NCBI RefSeq assembly: GCF_000143415.4
Contig: NW_003314295.1
Location: 62,001 to 126,000 of the forward strand
Direction of reading: 5' to 3'
Length of the DNA stretch: 64,000 nucleotides
Source of the DNA: Selaginella moellendorffii
Taxonomy: Eukaryota > Plantae > Lycopodiophyta
Shown here piece after piece: positions 21,272-31,976 of the stretch. The notes beneath the pieces were generated by a model that was given only the letters and a program-made list of their open reading frames with translations, was not told where the DNA came from and ran no database searches. Position 1 is the first letter of the stretch. Every line of letters starts with the position of its first letter. The translations under genes were made by a program, and so were the position numbers.

Positions 21272-22124
21272 ATGGTAGCCTACTCGAGGGAGCCGGAGAA
21301 TGCAGTGAAGGGTGAGTGAAATTCGCAAGCGCTCTCGTTGACCTCTGCTTGGATTGATCGCAGCTTGCAAGGCGAGAGGCTCCGATCTCCGGGTCCACTT
21401 CAAGGTGTGTGTGATTGATTGATTGATCGATCCTTGTGTTCTTGGGCTGAAAGATCTGGGCTTTCTTCGTGTCGCAGAACACCCGCGAGACCGCGCAGGC
21501 CATCAAGAAGCTCGAGCTCAGCAAGGCCAAGCGCTATCTGGAGGATGTGATCGCCCACAAGCAGGCGATTCCATTCCGGCGCTTCTGCGGAGGAGTGGGG
21601 CGCACTGCCCAGGCGAAATCCCGTCACTCCAATGGCCAGGGGCGCTGGCCAGTGAAGTCCGCGCGATTCCTCCTGGCGCTACTAAAGAATGCCGAGAGCA
21701 ACGCTGAGGTAAAAATCCCATCTTTCTTCAGTGAATCACGGTGATTCTTTCAGGTGAAAGGCTTGGACGCGGATACCCTGTATGTCTCGCACATCCAAGT
21801 CAACCAGGCACAGAAGCAGCGCCGGAGGACTTACCGAGCTCATGGCCGGATCAATCGTAAGTGGTGAAGTTCTTCCTCGTTGATCTAGAAGCTGACTGCG
21901 GTGGCTTTGTGCTTGGCAGCCTACATGTCCTCTCCTTGCCACATCGAAGTGATCCTCTCAGAGCACATCGCTCCAGTCAAGGTGACACTACTCGAAACCT
22001 CTCGAGCTTTTCTTTGTAGCGTTCTAACTTTTGGTGTGTGGAACCATGGCAGGCTGAGCCGGAAGCCAAGCCCAGGAAGCCAAAGAAAGGCCCGGCTCGT
22101 TTGAGGAGCGGCCCATCGACGTAA
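21272..22124 (+). CDS. RPL17: 60S ribosomal protein L17 (uL22)
   Basis: [37 protein letters not shown]...GRWPVKSA...[27 protein letters not shown]. Six exons. TAA at 22122-22124. Confidence 0.97.
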
Positions 22125-22169
22125 AAGTCTTGTTTTTGTAGACCCGATATTTCCCGGATCTTGATTCAA

Positions 22170-23999
22170 TCAACTTGGAAGTAAAGTTTTCGTATCGCTC
22201 ATCCTCGGAGATCTTTGAGACTTGGCAAAGGATCCATCGGTGTAGAGGCTGGAGAGCAGCACGTAGGCCTGGGTCGCGCCATCGCCGCAGCTCAGGAGCT
22301 TCCTGGCAGCGCTCTCGCCATGGCGAAGGCTCTCGTGTCCCCGACTAGCGCCTAGCAGCGACGTCCACTCCAAGATGTCTGGAACAAAAGGCATGCTCGC
22401 GATGAGATCTCTGGCTTGATCCAGGTACCCGGCTCGTCCCAGGAGATCCACCATGCAGCAGTAGTGCTGCTTGCCTGGTTGGAGCCCGTGATCCAAGCCC
22501 ATGGACACGAAATGCGATCGCCCATCGTAGAGCTTCCCCTTTCTGCTACAAGCGACGAGGATCGAGAGGTAGCACGTCTCGTCGGGTGATTCCAGGGTGC
22601 CCATCTCGTAGAACACGGCGCACGCCTCGGCGAAGTGCTCGCCGCCCTGGGCCGAATAGGCCCCCAGCATCGCGCTCCAGGAGATGATCCCGCGCTCCGG
22701 CATCCTAGCGAAGAGCAGCGCCGCGTGGTCCAGGCGCCCGCTCTGGGCAAATGCGGTGATCATCGCGTTTCTCGTCACGGTGTCGCGCTCCGGCATGAAA
22801 TGGAAGGTTTCCTCCGCGCAGTCGATTCGCCGGCACTGTGCGTATGCGACTAGCATCGTGCTCCATGACACAACATCGCGCTGTGGCATGGAATCGAAGA
22901 TGTTCTTGCTCGGCTCCATATGCCCGTTTTGGGCATATGCTGCGAGCATGGCATTCCAGGTCACTAGGTTTTGCTGGGACATTTGATCGAACACCGTCTT
23001 GGCCTGCTCTACATGACCGGCCTGGGAGTACGCAGTGAGCATTGCCGTAGAGGAGACGAGATCTATCAGTGGCATTCTTGAGAGGGTACGCTTCGCCTCG
23101 TCCAGATCCCCGGTCTGGGCATATCCCGAAAGGATGCAGTTAAACGACACGAGATCGCGCTGCGGCATCGCGTCGAAGATCTGCCTCGATTCTGCAATGC
23201 GCCCGCGCTGAGCGTAGGCGGCCAGCATCGCAGTAAATGCAACGAGGTTCCGCTCAGGCATCTGATCGAACAAGGTCCTGGCCTGCTCGACCTCGCCTTG
23301 CCGGGCGAGTCCTGCCAGCATCGCCGTGAAAGACACCACATTCCTCTCGGGCATTTCGGAGAAGACTCTCTTCGCTTCCTCGAGCCGGCCTGCTTGGGCA
23401 TTTGCAGAGAGGATCGCAGTCCAAGACACAAGATTTCTCTCTGGCATGCGATCGAAGAAAGCTTTGGCTTGCTCGAATTTTCCCTGCTGGGCGAATCCAG
23501 CGACCATGGCCGTCCAGGACACGACATGGCGCTGCGGTACTTGCTCAAACAATCTCTCGGCCTTATCCAGATGCCCACTTTGGGCATATGCTGCAAGCAT
23601 GGCATTCCACGAAACCATGCTCCGTTCGGGCATACCTTCGAAGATCTCCTCGGCTCTCTCAAGGCTCTTGCTTTGCGTGTAGGCACTGAGCATTGCATTC
23701 CAGGCAACGAGATTGTGCGCGGGCATGGAATCGAAGAGCGACCTCACTTGCTCCTGGTTCCTGTTGTGGGCATAGGCTTGCATCATGAGAACCCAAGAGA
23801 AGAGGTCTCTGGAGGAGCCCAGTGCGTCGAAGACCTCCCGCGCGCGGCCGGAGCTGCCGCAATTGCCATACATCTCGATCAGCTTGTTGTGGACGAAGGC
23901 ATCGTCCGGGGCGATGGTGGGCTGCAGCTGGGAGTGGATTCGCTCCGCCATAGCCAGCGTCTTGCACGAGTAGATGAGCTCCAGGCATTGCTTGCTCAT
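22170..23999 (-). CDS. PLS-class PPR protein with long SS-motif array and truncated E domain, no DYW
   Basis: About a dozen consecutive 31-aa repeats (MPERNLVSWTAILSANAQAGRLEEAKRVFSE), then HYCCMVDLLGRAG, MPFVPD and AYVLLSSLY. Intronless. Confidence 0.93.
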   Translation of the reverse strand: MSKQCLELIYSCKTLAMAERIHSQLQPTIAPDDAFVHNKLIEMYGNCGSSGRAREVFDALGSSRDLFSWVLMMQAYAHNRNQEQVRSLFDSMPAHNLVAWNAMLSAYTQSKSLERAEEIFEGMPERSMVSWNAMLAAYAQSGHLDKAERLFEQVPQRHVVSWTAMVAGFAQQGKFEQAKAFFDRMPERNLVSWTAILSANAQAGRLEEAKRVFSEMPERNVVSFTAMLAGLARQGEVEQARTLFDQMPERNLVAFTAMLAAYAQRGRIAESRQIFDAMPQRDLVSFNCILSGYAQTGDLDEAKRTLSRMPLIDLVSSTAMLTAYSQAGHVEQAKTVFDQMSQQNLVTWNAMLAAYAQNGHMEPSKNIFDSMPQRDVVSWSTMLVAYAQCRRIDCAEETFHFMPERDTVTRNAMITAFAQSGRLDHAALLFARMPERGIISWSAMLGAYSAQGGEHFAEACAVFYEMGTLESPDETCYLSILVACSRKGKLYDGRSHFVSMGLDHGLQPGKQHYCCMVDLLGRAGYLDQARDLIASMPFVPDILEWTSLLGASRGHESLRHGESAARKLLSCGDGATQAYVLLSSLYTDGSFAKSQRSPRMSDTKTLLPS

Positions 24000-24069
24000 T
24001 AGATCGATCGCTGGGCATTATAGGCGCTCTCTTCCAAAGCAAGGCTAGATATGAAGCTCCCGTTTGGGA

Positions 24070-25413
24070 ATGGAGCGCGAGGCACTGGCACGGATCATAC
24101 GATCTTGCGGAGAATCCAGGAATTTGATCCAGGGGAGGTTGGTTCACGCGCGAATTCTCGAGCAGCAGCTCCTGGATCGCTACCTCGAGAATCTGCTCGT
24201 CCAGATGTATGGGAAGTGTGGCAGCCTGGGTGATGCGCGGACGGTGTTCGAGCGGATCCACGCTCCAAACGCGTTCTCGTGGAGCATCATCATGACTGCG
24301 TACGCGCAGAGTGGCGATGTTGGGCAGACGAAGGAGATCTTCGACCGGATGCCCGATCGCGGCGTTGTTGCCTGGACTTCGCTACTATCAGCAAATGCCC
24401 GTAATGGGCATATGGAAGAAGTTAAAGCTACCTTCGCGAGAATGCCAGAGCACAGCTTAGTCGCATGGAATGGAATGATCACAGCGTTTGGACAGAATAG
24501 CCAACTTGGAAGAGCGAAAGGATGTTTTGATCGGATGCCTGGAAGGAATACCTCATCATGGAACGCAATCATATCGGTGTTTGCCCTTCACGGGGAAATC
24601 TCCACAGCTCAGCAAGCCTTCGAGCGGATGCCGGAGAGGAACTCCATGGCCTGGAACCCGATCATCCACGCGCTAAATCTACAGGGCGATGTTTTTACCG
24701 CGAGGATGGTCTTCGAGAGCCTCCCGGAGTGCTGCAAAGTCTCCTCCTCGACGATGATCTCGGGCTATGCGCAGGCCGGGCATCTCGACCAGGCCAAAGC
24801 TCTCTTCGACTCTTTGCCACACCCGGACGAGTACGCTTGCTCCTCGATGCTCCAGGCCTTCGCCAAGGCCGGGGACGTCCTCGGCGCCAGGGAAACCTTC
24901 GACAAGATGCCAGAGCGCTGCCGCGACACTCCCTCCTGGAACGCGATGCTGGGGGCGTATGCGCAAAACGGGCTTGGCGAGCGGGCGCTGGAGCTCTTCG
25001 CAGCGATGATCCACGACGGGATCGCTCCCAACGAGATGACCTTCTCGACAGTGCTGCATTCTTGCAGCCATCTCGGAAGGTGGCGAGAGGCGATTGCATA
25101 CTTCCGCTCGTTGAGCGAAGATCACGGACTGGTGCCGGATGTGGAGCTCTACTCGAGCATGATTGACGTCCTGGGCCGGAACGGGAGGATTTGCGAGGCC
25201 GAGGAGCTTCTGGCGAGCATGCCCTTTGCTCCAAACCAGGCCGCCTTTGCGTCGCTGCTCGCGGCTTGCCGGCTCTACCAGGACTCGGGGCGGGGATCGC
25301 TCGTCGCGGGGAAGTTTGCTCGCCACCTTTGCGAGCAGCCGGCAGTGGAATCCATCGCCGCGGAGCCGTACGTCCAGCTTGCCAACATTTACAGGGGCAT
25401 GAACGCTCCCTGA
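24070..25413 (+). CDS. PLS-class PPR protein with E domain, no DYW
   Basis: LVQMYGKCGSL, 31-aa SS repeats, YSSMIDVLGRNG, MPFAPN and PYVQLANIY. First ATG at 24070. Confidence 0.92.
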   Translation: MEREALARIIRSCGESRNLIQGRLVHARILEQQLLDRYLENLLVQMYGKCGSLGDARTVFERIHAPNAFSWSIIMTAYAQSGDVGQTKEIFDRMPDRGVVAWTSLLSANARNGHMEEVKATFARMPEHSLVAWNGMITAFGQNSQLGRAKGCFDRMPGRNTSSWNAIISVFALHGEISTAQQAFERMPERNSMAWNPIIHALNLQGDVFTARMVFESLPECCKVSSSTMISGYAQAGHLDQAKALFDSLPHPDEYACSSMLQAFAKAGDVLGARETFDKMPERCRDTPSWNAMLGAYAQNGLGERALELFAAMIHDGIAPNEMTFSTVLHSCSHLGRWREAIAYFRSLSEDHGLVPDVELYSSMIDVLGRNGRICEAEELLASMPFAPNQAAFASLLAACRLYQDSGRGSLVAGKFARHLCEQPAVESIAAEPYVQLANIYRGMNAP

Positions 25414-25833
25414 TCATTCACTGTTCTTGGAAGATCGGCGCATGAGCTTCGTATGCATTGCTTGCAAACTTGCCAAAAGCGGTGCGTGCGTTTGCTCCAC
25501 TCCGCCGTGATCATTTGACAGTGCGGGCGATCGATCGAACCTCTCCAGAGGGATCCGACCACGCATTGCTTGCAAACTTATCAAGATACGAAGGGGGGAT
25601 CTTTAAATTATCTCTGTCTCGCCGCAAGGATGCACAACTGACAAAAAGGCGCCTCCCGGTGTCAAACTTGGAGCGCAATCCACCCACAAAAGGAAAAGCG
25701 CCATGGATTCACCATCTGGATCCGATTCGATGCGCGCCAGGACGAAATCGGAGAGTCAATCAAGTGAAGCGTACAATGGAAATGCGCTTTTAAAACTTAT
25801 TCTTGGCTTGAGAGAATTGGAGCAAAGTCGCAA

Positions 25834-25837
<4 letters not shown>

Positions 25838-25868
<31 letters not shown>
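25838..25868. repeat. (GA)n microsatellite
   Basis: gagagagagagagagagagagagagagagag. Confidence 0.9.
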
Positions 25869-25872
<4 letters not shown>

Positions 25873-26429
25873 ATCTAAAGAGTTTGGCAGACCAGCCAAC
25901 CAACGCAAATCAAATCGGAGAAACCAACTTTGAGAATTTGGCTCACGGCTGGCCTGCCAATCAACAGGAAACTTCGTGGGCTCATATAAATCCCGGGGAG
26001 TAGAAAAAAACGACACAAGTAAGAAAAAAAAAAAAGAGAAAAATTTGGCAGTGGAAACAATCATAGTCAGTGGGATTTGGGATCACAAAGCATTTGCTCA
26101 TAGAGAAGTTAAAAAAAAAAAAGAAAACAATTCCACATTTTGATCATCTAAAACATGCGCTAAGAAAAAAAGCTCTCTAGCTCAATGCGCTATAGCTCAG
26201 TCGTTAGACGGCTCCTCTCCTAGAGTGGAAAGCAAGCTATACAATCTAGAAGAGAGAAGCGTTGCCTTTTTTGCCGAGCTCCTACTGCTGGTCGTTGTCC
26301 TGGGAAGAGAATCTTGATCTTCCGTCCGGCTGGAGAAATCAGCTGGGAAAGTTGTGCTCGCGGTCCCGTTGGAAAGTCTGGAACTTCGGCTGCTTTTGCG
26401 CTCGAGTTCTAGCTTTGCTCCGGAAAGCC

Positions 26430-27085
26430 ATGACGGATTTGCTGAGCTTGTGCAAGAGCTCCGCCCAGGCTGACAATGCCAAGGCCCTGGCTGCTTCCAA
26501 AAGCCACAGCGAAGCTGAGAGGAGGCGGCGGGAGCGGATCAACAAGCACCTGTCCACCTTGCGAACGCTGCTCCCCAACACCGCCAAGGTAGAGTGAAGC
26601 TCTGCTCGCTCGCGTCTTTCTTCTTTGATTGCCTGTCCTGTGATTGAGTCGTCGCCGTCGTGCCAAACTCTTCCCAGACTGACAAGGCGTCCCTGCTGGC
26701 GGAAGTGATCGAGCGCATCAAGGAGCTCAAGCAGCAGGTCGCGGAGATTTCCCAGTTTGGCCCCGTTCCCAGCGACGCCGACGAGCTCGACGTTGACGTG
26801 ATGGAATCGCCGGTAGACGAGGGTGGGAAGGTGTTGATCAAGGCCAGCATTTGTTGCGCCGATCGGCCCAGCCTGCTCACGGACCTCGTCCGGACGCTCA
26901 AGAGCTTGCACCTGCGGACCGTCAAGGCGGAGATGGCCACCATGGAAGGCCGGACCAAGAACGTCTTCGTCATGACCATCAAGGACGACGCCGAGCTGCT
27001 GGAGCCAACCTTGGCCTGCGTCGAGGAGGCGCTTAAGTCGGTCATGGAAGAGCCATCCTCGAAAGAGAACCAGGATGATGCTTGA
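26430..27085 (+). CDS. bHLH transcription factor, subfamily Vb (TMO5/bHLH30/32-like) with ACT-like C-terminus
   Basis: AKALAASKSHSEAERRRRERINKHLSTLRTLLPNTAK|TDKASLLAEVI and IKASICCADRPSLL...VKAEMATMEGRTKNV. Start codon uncertain. Confidence 0.88.
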
Positions 27086-27303
27086 AAGAAAAAGGAACTC
27101 TTTTCTTTTCTTTGATCTAAGAGCTTTTCGCAGCACCTGCAACAAAGGAAGCGTAAGTCAATCGTCTGTAAACAGAAAAAAACCAAGGAACCTTTTAACC
27201 ATTGTGGGAGCAGGTGGTACTACGGAAAATGAAAGAATCTGTTAGAAATCTTTGATTTTCAATGAAATTAGATGTGCTCTTTCAATGAATAAATTAGAGC
27301 CTA

Positions 27304-28943
27304 TCACGTATAATCTCGTTGGAGACAAAGAGCGAGGCGCGGTCTGTATCTCGCAATTCTTTGTTTGATTTCTTCTCTCGATCTGTCATATACGAGGCAG
27401 ACGTCGTTAAAACACATACAGCCAAGCGCTAGCGTACCTCTTCCTCACGTTCTTAAAATGAGAAATGTGTTGTTCCAGCAATTCACCTGTTGAAAGTTTT
27501 TCTACGGGAAAGTCCGACTTCATCTGGAAAAAAAAAAACACAATGAGAAATATTTTCAACACTAGCCGCTCAGGATCACTCACCACTTCGTCAGGAACAT
27601 CTCCGTCCTCTTCCGACGGTTCTACCCTCTCAACCTCGGCAGCAGACAGCGGTCTAGGCAGCGGTACCACGCAATCCCAGCACCCCATCTGTCGCACAAG
27701 TCCTTATTAAGATTTCACATCGCTGTTCCATTCACATACCTGATCTTTTCTAGGAACATCGTTCCTTACCCATCGACGACAAAGGGAATACAGAGACGAC
27801 TTATCGGCCTCGGACACAAGTCTAACCTGAACATATGAATGTCATGTAAAAGCCAGCAATGAACAGATCTTACCTTTCTATCATTTATGATCACGGAAAG
27901 GGCATCCGGACGGTCCCTGCAAGTAAACACCGGTAAGTAAGAAAATCTCGTAGAGAACAAACACACCTGCCATGGGACTCGCCAGGAGTCATAGAGCTTG
28001 AGCCACCACCCTGCCGAAAAAGAAAATTCCAAGCTTAGAGGAAACAAAGTATCCAACAACAAACCTGTCCAGTCGGCGGAAGCCAAGATGGAGATTTCCC
28101 AAGAACGGAACCATTGCTCGCCCCGCCAACTCTAAAGTGATGAACTCCTTGCAACTTGTGAGGCTGTGGACTCGCGGAAGCGGACATAACACCCCCGGCC
28201 GCCTGTCCAGCGTTGACGTACCGAGGCGAGGAAACCGGGTGTGGAATTCTCTGGACCTGTGTGCCCTGCTGGGACTTCGACGCTGCCGGTTGAGGAGGCC
28301 TGGGAGTAGTAGCACCACCCGGTTGCATAGCCGGCATGGGAAGGATTGGATGAGGCTGGCGTAGATGGTGCGAGCCACCGGCGGCGGCGGCGGCCATTTG
28401 AGCCTGCGAGAAGAAAGCCGTGGCATACGGTCTCTGCTGCTGGAACTTCTGGAGATGGAGGAACTGACCAGGAGCGGCGGCTGCGCCAGAAGCTTGAGAT
28501 GTGGTTGGCGGCGCCGTGGTCATATGCCGGACCACCACCGCCGCCCCTTTGGCGGCCCTCCCCTGCGACGAAGACGGTGGCGCGTGTGGATATGGCGCCT
28601 GTTGATTCGGCACGCACACTATCCGCTGCTGCTGTGGTATGTGAGGCTGCCTTTGCTGTGCTACCGGAAGAACCAGAGGAGGCGGCGCCGCCATCGTCGA
28701 TGCCGCTGGAACCGGCACAGCCGCGGCCTGGGAGCTGGAATTCGTGGCCTCCCCGCCACCGCCATTAGAGTTGGGGGCGATCTCGGCGGCTGCCGGCGCG
28801 TTGCTCTCCGAGGATGACAAAACCCTAGCCATGGCCGCGGGAGGCGCGCAATCCGGATCGGCTGTGACGCAGCTACTACTGATGCTTGCGCTACTGGTCG
28901 TGCTACCGCTTACCACCGCGACCGCTCCTCCGCTGCTCTCCAT
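27304..28943 (-). CDS. LIN37: LIN37-family (DREAM complex) protein with low-complexity Pro/Gln/Ala N-terminus
   Basis: IINDRK|VRLVSEADKSSLYSLCRRWVRND, LPRPL, VEKLSTGELLEQHISHFKNVRKR|SREEIKQRIARYRPRLAL. Stop at 27306-27304. Confidence 0.75.
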
Positions 28944-29128
28944 CCCACAGCATCCCTTAAAACCCTAGTACCGCCTAGTAACTTAGGGCTCTCACTTTCA
29001 AATTTTCAAAGTGGGAGATGCCCGCGTTAATACGTGGCGCGCATCCGACGGCCGAGACCCGCCGGCGATCTAACGGCTGGGATTTGAAATAATTCCCGCG
29101 AAAAATTTATATGTACAAGTCTAGATCT

Positions 29129-30571
29129 TTACAATGGTCGGAGCTTCTCTCTCTCCGCGCTTAGGATGTTTTGGAGCTTGATTTGCTGCGCCAGCCGCGA
29201 TGCCTCGTCCTTGGTGTAGAAATACTTGGCGAGCTCGTCGTCAGAGATGGGCTGATCGTCGCCGCCTGGAGCAAGATCGGCGATGAGCGACTCGTAGTAT
29301 CCCTGCTCGATCTGATCCCGAGTTACTCCACGCAGGAGAAGGCTCTCGATCGTCATGTCCTCGCAATCCAGTCCGCCCTCCGGTCGATCTTTATCCACAG
29401 GCATTCCTCTGGCCAGGGATCGCTTCGCGCTGGCAATGCGTTGAGTAGCAAGCTCCGCCTTGACGATCCTCGCACACCGCGAGCTCCTGCTCGCGATGAA
29501 AGACACGGGGAGAACCGGGCTCTCCTCTGGCAAATGCCTCAGCTTCTTGTTCTTCGAGTGGCTTTGATCCTCATCTTGTGAGTAGCTTTGATCCTCATCT
29601 TGTACCCGATCGATGGCACTGGAGTCCTCTCGCCTCCTCTTCTTGCCCAGCTTGAGGCTCGTCTCCAAGTAGCGCAGCATGAAGCACAAGTGGCACGATA
29701 TGTTCTTGGTGGTCACGACCGTCTTGCACCACGGGAACGTCTTCATGGTGCTGACGAGCGCCTCCTGGATCTCGCGGAAGCGCTTCATGGACGTCGCCAC
29801 CGGCGAGTGGAGCTCGCTCGAGACCTCCTCCAGGCCAATCTCGATCCTGTTCGCGTCCGCCACGATAACCAGCGCGGCCGCGGCAGCGGGGAGCGCGTGA
29901 CGCCCGGTGCTCACAAACCAAGTCGCCATCCACTCGAGAAGAACCCGGCACTGCCCGATGATCTTCCTCGCGGCATCCCTGCTTAGCTTCGAGAATCCAG
30001 CGTGCGTGAGAACCAGGCGCTCGAGGAAGACGATGGGATCCTCCTGCGGCAGCGCCATGGCAAACTCCCTGACAAGCTTGCCAAGAACTCGCCCGAGCTC
30101 GCGAACGCCACAGTCGCTCGCGTAGGCCACCTCCACCAGCGTCAGTGGAAGCCTGTGATTCCTCACCACCACATAGGCGCAAGCGCCCACTAGAGCATCG
30201 AACCATCTCCCAGACCCCCAGTCTCCATTCGTCGCGCGATCCACCATAGCCTCCACCTCGTCGGCGTCGTTGGGCTGGAGCCTCAGCGCCGCCGCCACGT
30301 CCCGGATCCGCCGCAGCGCATCCTGCTTCTTCTTCGCGAAATACTGATCACTGCCACCGTTGCGATAGAGGAATCGCTTGCCGGCGAGAGCTCCGATCCC
30401 TTCGCCGGCTACGAGAGTTCCCCCGCGCTCACCGACGAGCCCTACCTGGTGATCGGAGCCCAGCGCGTCGTCGTCCACGACCACGCCGCATTCGCAGCAG
30501 CAAAAGAGGCCGGAGAGCGGATCGGTCGTGACAGTGCCGGCGCGCCCACAGGCGCTACAATCCTCCGCCAT
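29129..30571 (-). CDS. PTF2: Plant TFIIB-related factor (PTF2/BRF2-like), intronless, 480 aa
   Basis: N-terminal Zn ribbon CSAC...CCECG, cyclin-fold GDWGSGRWFDALVGACAYVVVR, WFVSTGRH and LDCEDMTIESLLLRGV. Confidence 0.85.
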   Translation of the reverse strand: MAEDCSACGRAGTVTTDPLSGLFCCCECGVVVDDDALGSDHQVGLVGERGGTLVAGEGIGALAGKRFLYRNGGSDQYFAKKKQDALRRIRDVAAALRLQPNDADEVEAMVDRATNGDWGSGRWFDALVGACAYVVVRNHRLPLTLVEVAYASDCGVRELGRVLGKLVREFAMALPQEDPIVFLERLVLTHAGFSKLSRDAARKIIGQCRVLLEWMATWFVSTGRHALPAAAAALVIVADANRIEIGLEEVSSELHSPVATSMKRFREIQEALVSTMKTFPWCKTVVTTKNISCHLCFMLRYLETSLKLGKKRRREDSSAIDRVQDEDQSYSQDEDQSHSKNKKLRHLPEESPVLPVSFIASRSSRCARIVKAELATQRIASAKRSLARGMPVDKDRPEGGLDCEDMTIESLLLRGVTRDQIEQGYYESLIADLAPGGDDQPISDDELAKYFYTKDEASRLAQQIKLQNILSAEREKLRPL

Positions 30572-30658
30572 GGCCCAAGAACCCTAGAACACCAAACGAG
30601 TTTCGCTAGAACCCTAAAAACAGCGTGGATGATCCGCCAAAAATCTGTTAGGATTCGT

Positions 30659-31747
30659 TTAGATTGGAATGTTCAATGCTGGCTCGGCCACAAAGAATGC
30701 CTCCACGCAGCACCGCCCCTCCACGATCCCCTTGCACTCCGGCAGCCATCGCCAAGCCCTCGTCGCAAGATCCAGCGCGCACACGAGCACGCCATCGTAG
30801 CTCAAGACAAAGATCCAGGAGCCGCGCCCGGCGCAGCGGAAGGAATCTCTCCCAGCCCCGCCATCCAGAAAGCAGCAGCACAGCTCCCGTGGCATCTCTT
30901 CCACAAGATCCCACGATTGGGCCTCCTTGCCGAGCTTCCAGATCCGGATTGCCTCGCCCAGCGCGGCGACGAGATGAACCTCCTCGCCGCACAGCACCAG
31001 ATTGGAGCTCGCGATCCCGGTGGGGAGAGGGATCTGGGTCTTGCTCCACTCGCCGCGGGCAAAATCGAACGCCAGGAGCCGGCAGCGCGGGATCAAGCAC
31101 GTCACGTAGAGGAATCCGGCGCTCACCACGCCTTCGCTCTCGAGATCCAGCACGTCGATGGGCAGATCCCCCTTGCGCGCCCACGCCGAGGGTGCGGTCG
31201 AATCAAACACAAAGGTCCTCTGATCGCTCCACCCGCCCGGCCCCGCGACGAGGATCTTGTACCCGCCCTTTTGATCGATCTGGATGGCCGTGAGCAGCGG
31301 CAGCAGCCGCGAGCAGCCAGGGATCTCCGGCAGCAGCCTCCACGATCTGGTGAGAGGATTGCACGCTATGATCCGCGACGCGGTGGTGAGGCACAGCAGC
31401 CCTCCGCCAGACGCCACGACCGAGACCTCCATCTCCATCCCAAAGATTGGATCCAAAGAGAGAGGCTGCCAGCAGCCGCTCACGGGGCTGAGCGCCGCTA
31501 TCACGGCGGCGCCGCCCGGCCCCGTGGCGGTGAAAAAGAGGAAGAAGGACGAATCCCCGCTGCCGCCGCCGCCGGATCGATCCATCCGGGCGCACAGATT
31601 GATGAAGCCCTGCGAGAGGATCAACAAACTCCACTCCTTGGACACGGCGCGCATTTGTAGCAATCTGGGCACCGGCACCAGCGTGAGAACGCGCTCGATC
31701 AGCGCATCCGGGAGTTCTTTCCACACGGCGTCGCTGGCCTCCTCCAT
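30659..31747 (-). CDS. Intronless F-box protein with C-terminal beta-propeller
   Basis: VWKELPDALIERVLTLVPVPRLLQMRAVSKEW, VVASGGGLLC, ACNPLTRSWRLLP and FFVAEPAL. ATG at 31747. Confidence 0.9.
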   Translation of the reverse strand: MEEASDAVWKELPDALIERVLTLVPVPRLLQMRAVSKEWSLLILSQGFINLCARMDRSGGGGSGDSSFFLFFTATGPGGAAVIAALSPVSGCWQPLSLDPIFGMEMEVSVVASGGGLLCLTTASRIIACNPLTRSWRLLPEIPGCSRLLPLLTAIQIDQKGGYKILVAGPGGWSDQRTFVFDSTAPSAWARKGDLPIDVLDLESEGVVSAGFLYVTCLIPRCRLLAFDFARGEWSKTQIPLPTGIASSNLVLCGEEVHLVAALGEAIRIWKLGKEAQSWDLVEEMPRELCCCFLDGGAGRDSFRCAGRGSWIFVLSYDGVLVCALDLATRAWRWLPECKGIVEGRCCVEAFFVAEPALNIPI

Positions 31748-31976
31748 CGCCGCCGCTGGCCGGCCAGCGGGCGAGAAGGGTATCAAAGATTCTACCACGC
31801 CCTTTTTTGAATTCTAGGGCTCCCGCGCAAAAAGAATGAGAATGACGGCCGGTAAGATAAAACCTAAAAATCCCGAGATTCCCGCGATTTTAGCGGCGGC
31901 CACTTGGACACCATTCCATGGAGGAAGAAAGATTTCCAAGGTCCTTGGAAGGAATCCTTTCTTTTCTTTCTTCCCG

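Noticed and set aside
22800-23750. 93-bp periodic repeats that might suggest a CRISPR-like or satellite array
   Set aside because: Fully explained by 31-aa PPR SS motifs within an intact ORF.
25455-25579. 17-bp direct repeat gcattgcttgcaaactt, 108 bp apart
   Set aside because: Only two copies and no terminal inverted repeats. Likely a small local duplication.
25703-25933. Possible upstream exon or uORF for the bHLH gene
   Set aside because: It runs through a GA microsatellite, with no convincing splice connection or conserved peptide.
30449-31660. 403-aa + strand ORF and similar long overlapping ORFs over PPR, PTF2, bHLH and AP2 genes
   Set aside because: Antisense or alternate-frame shadows of GC3-rich real genes, with no domain features.
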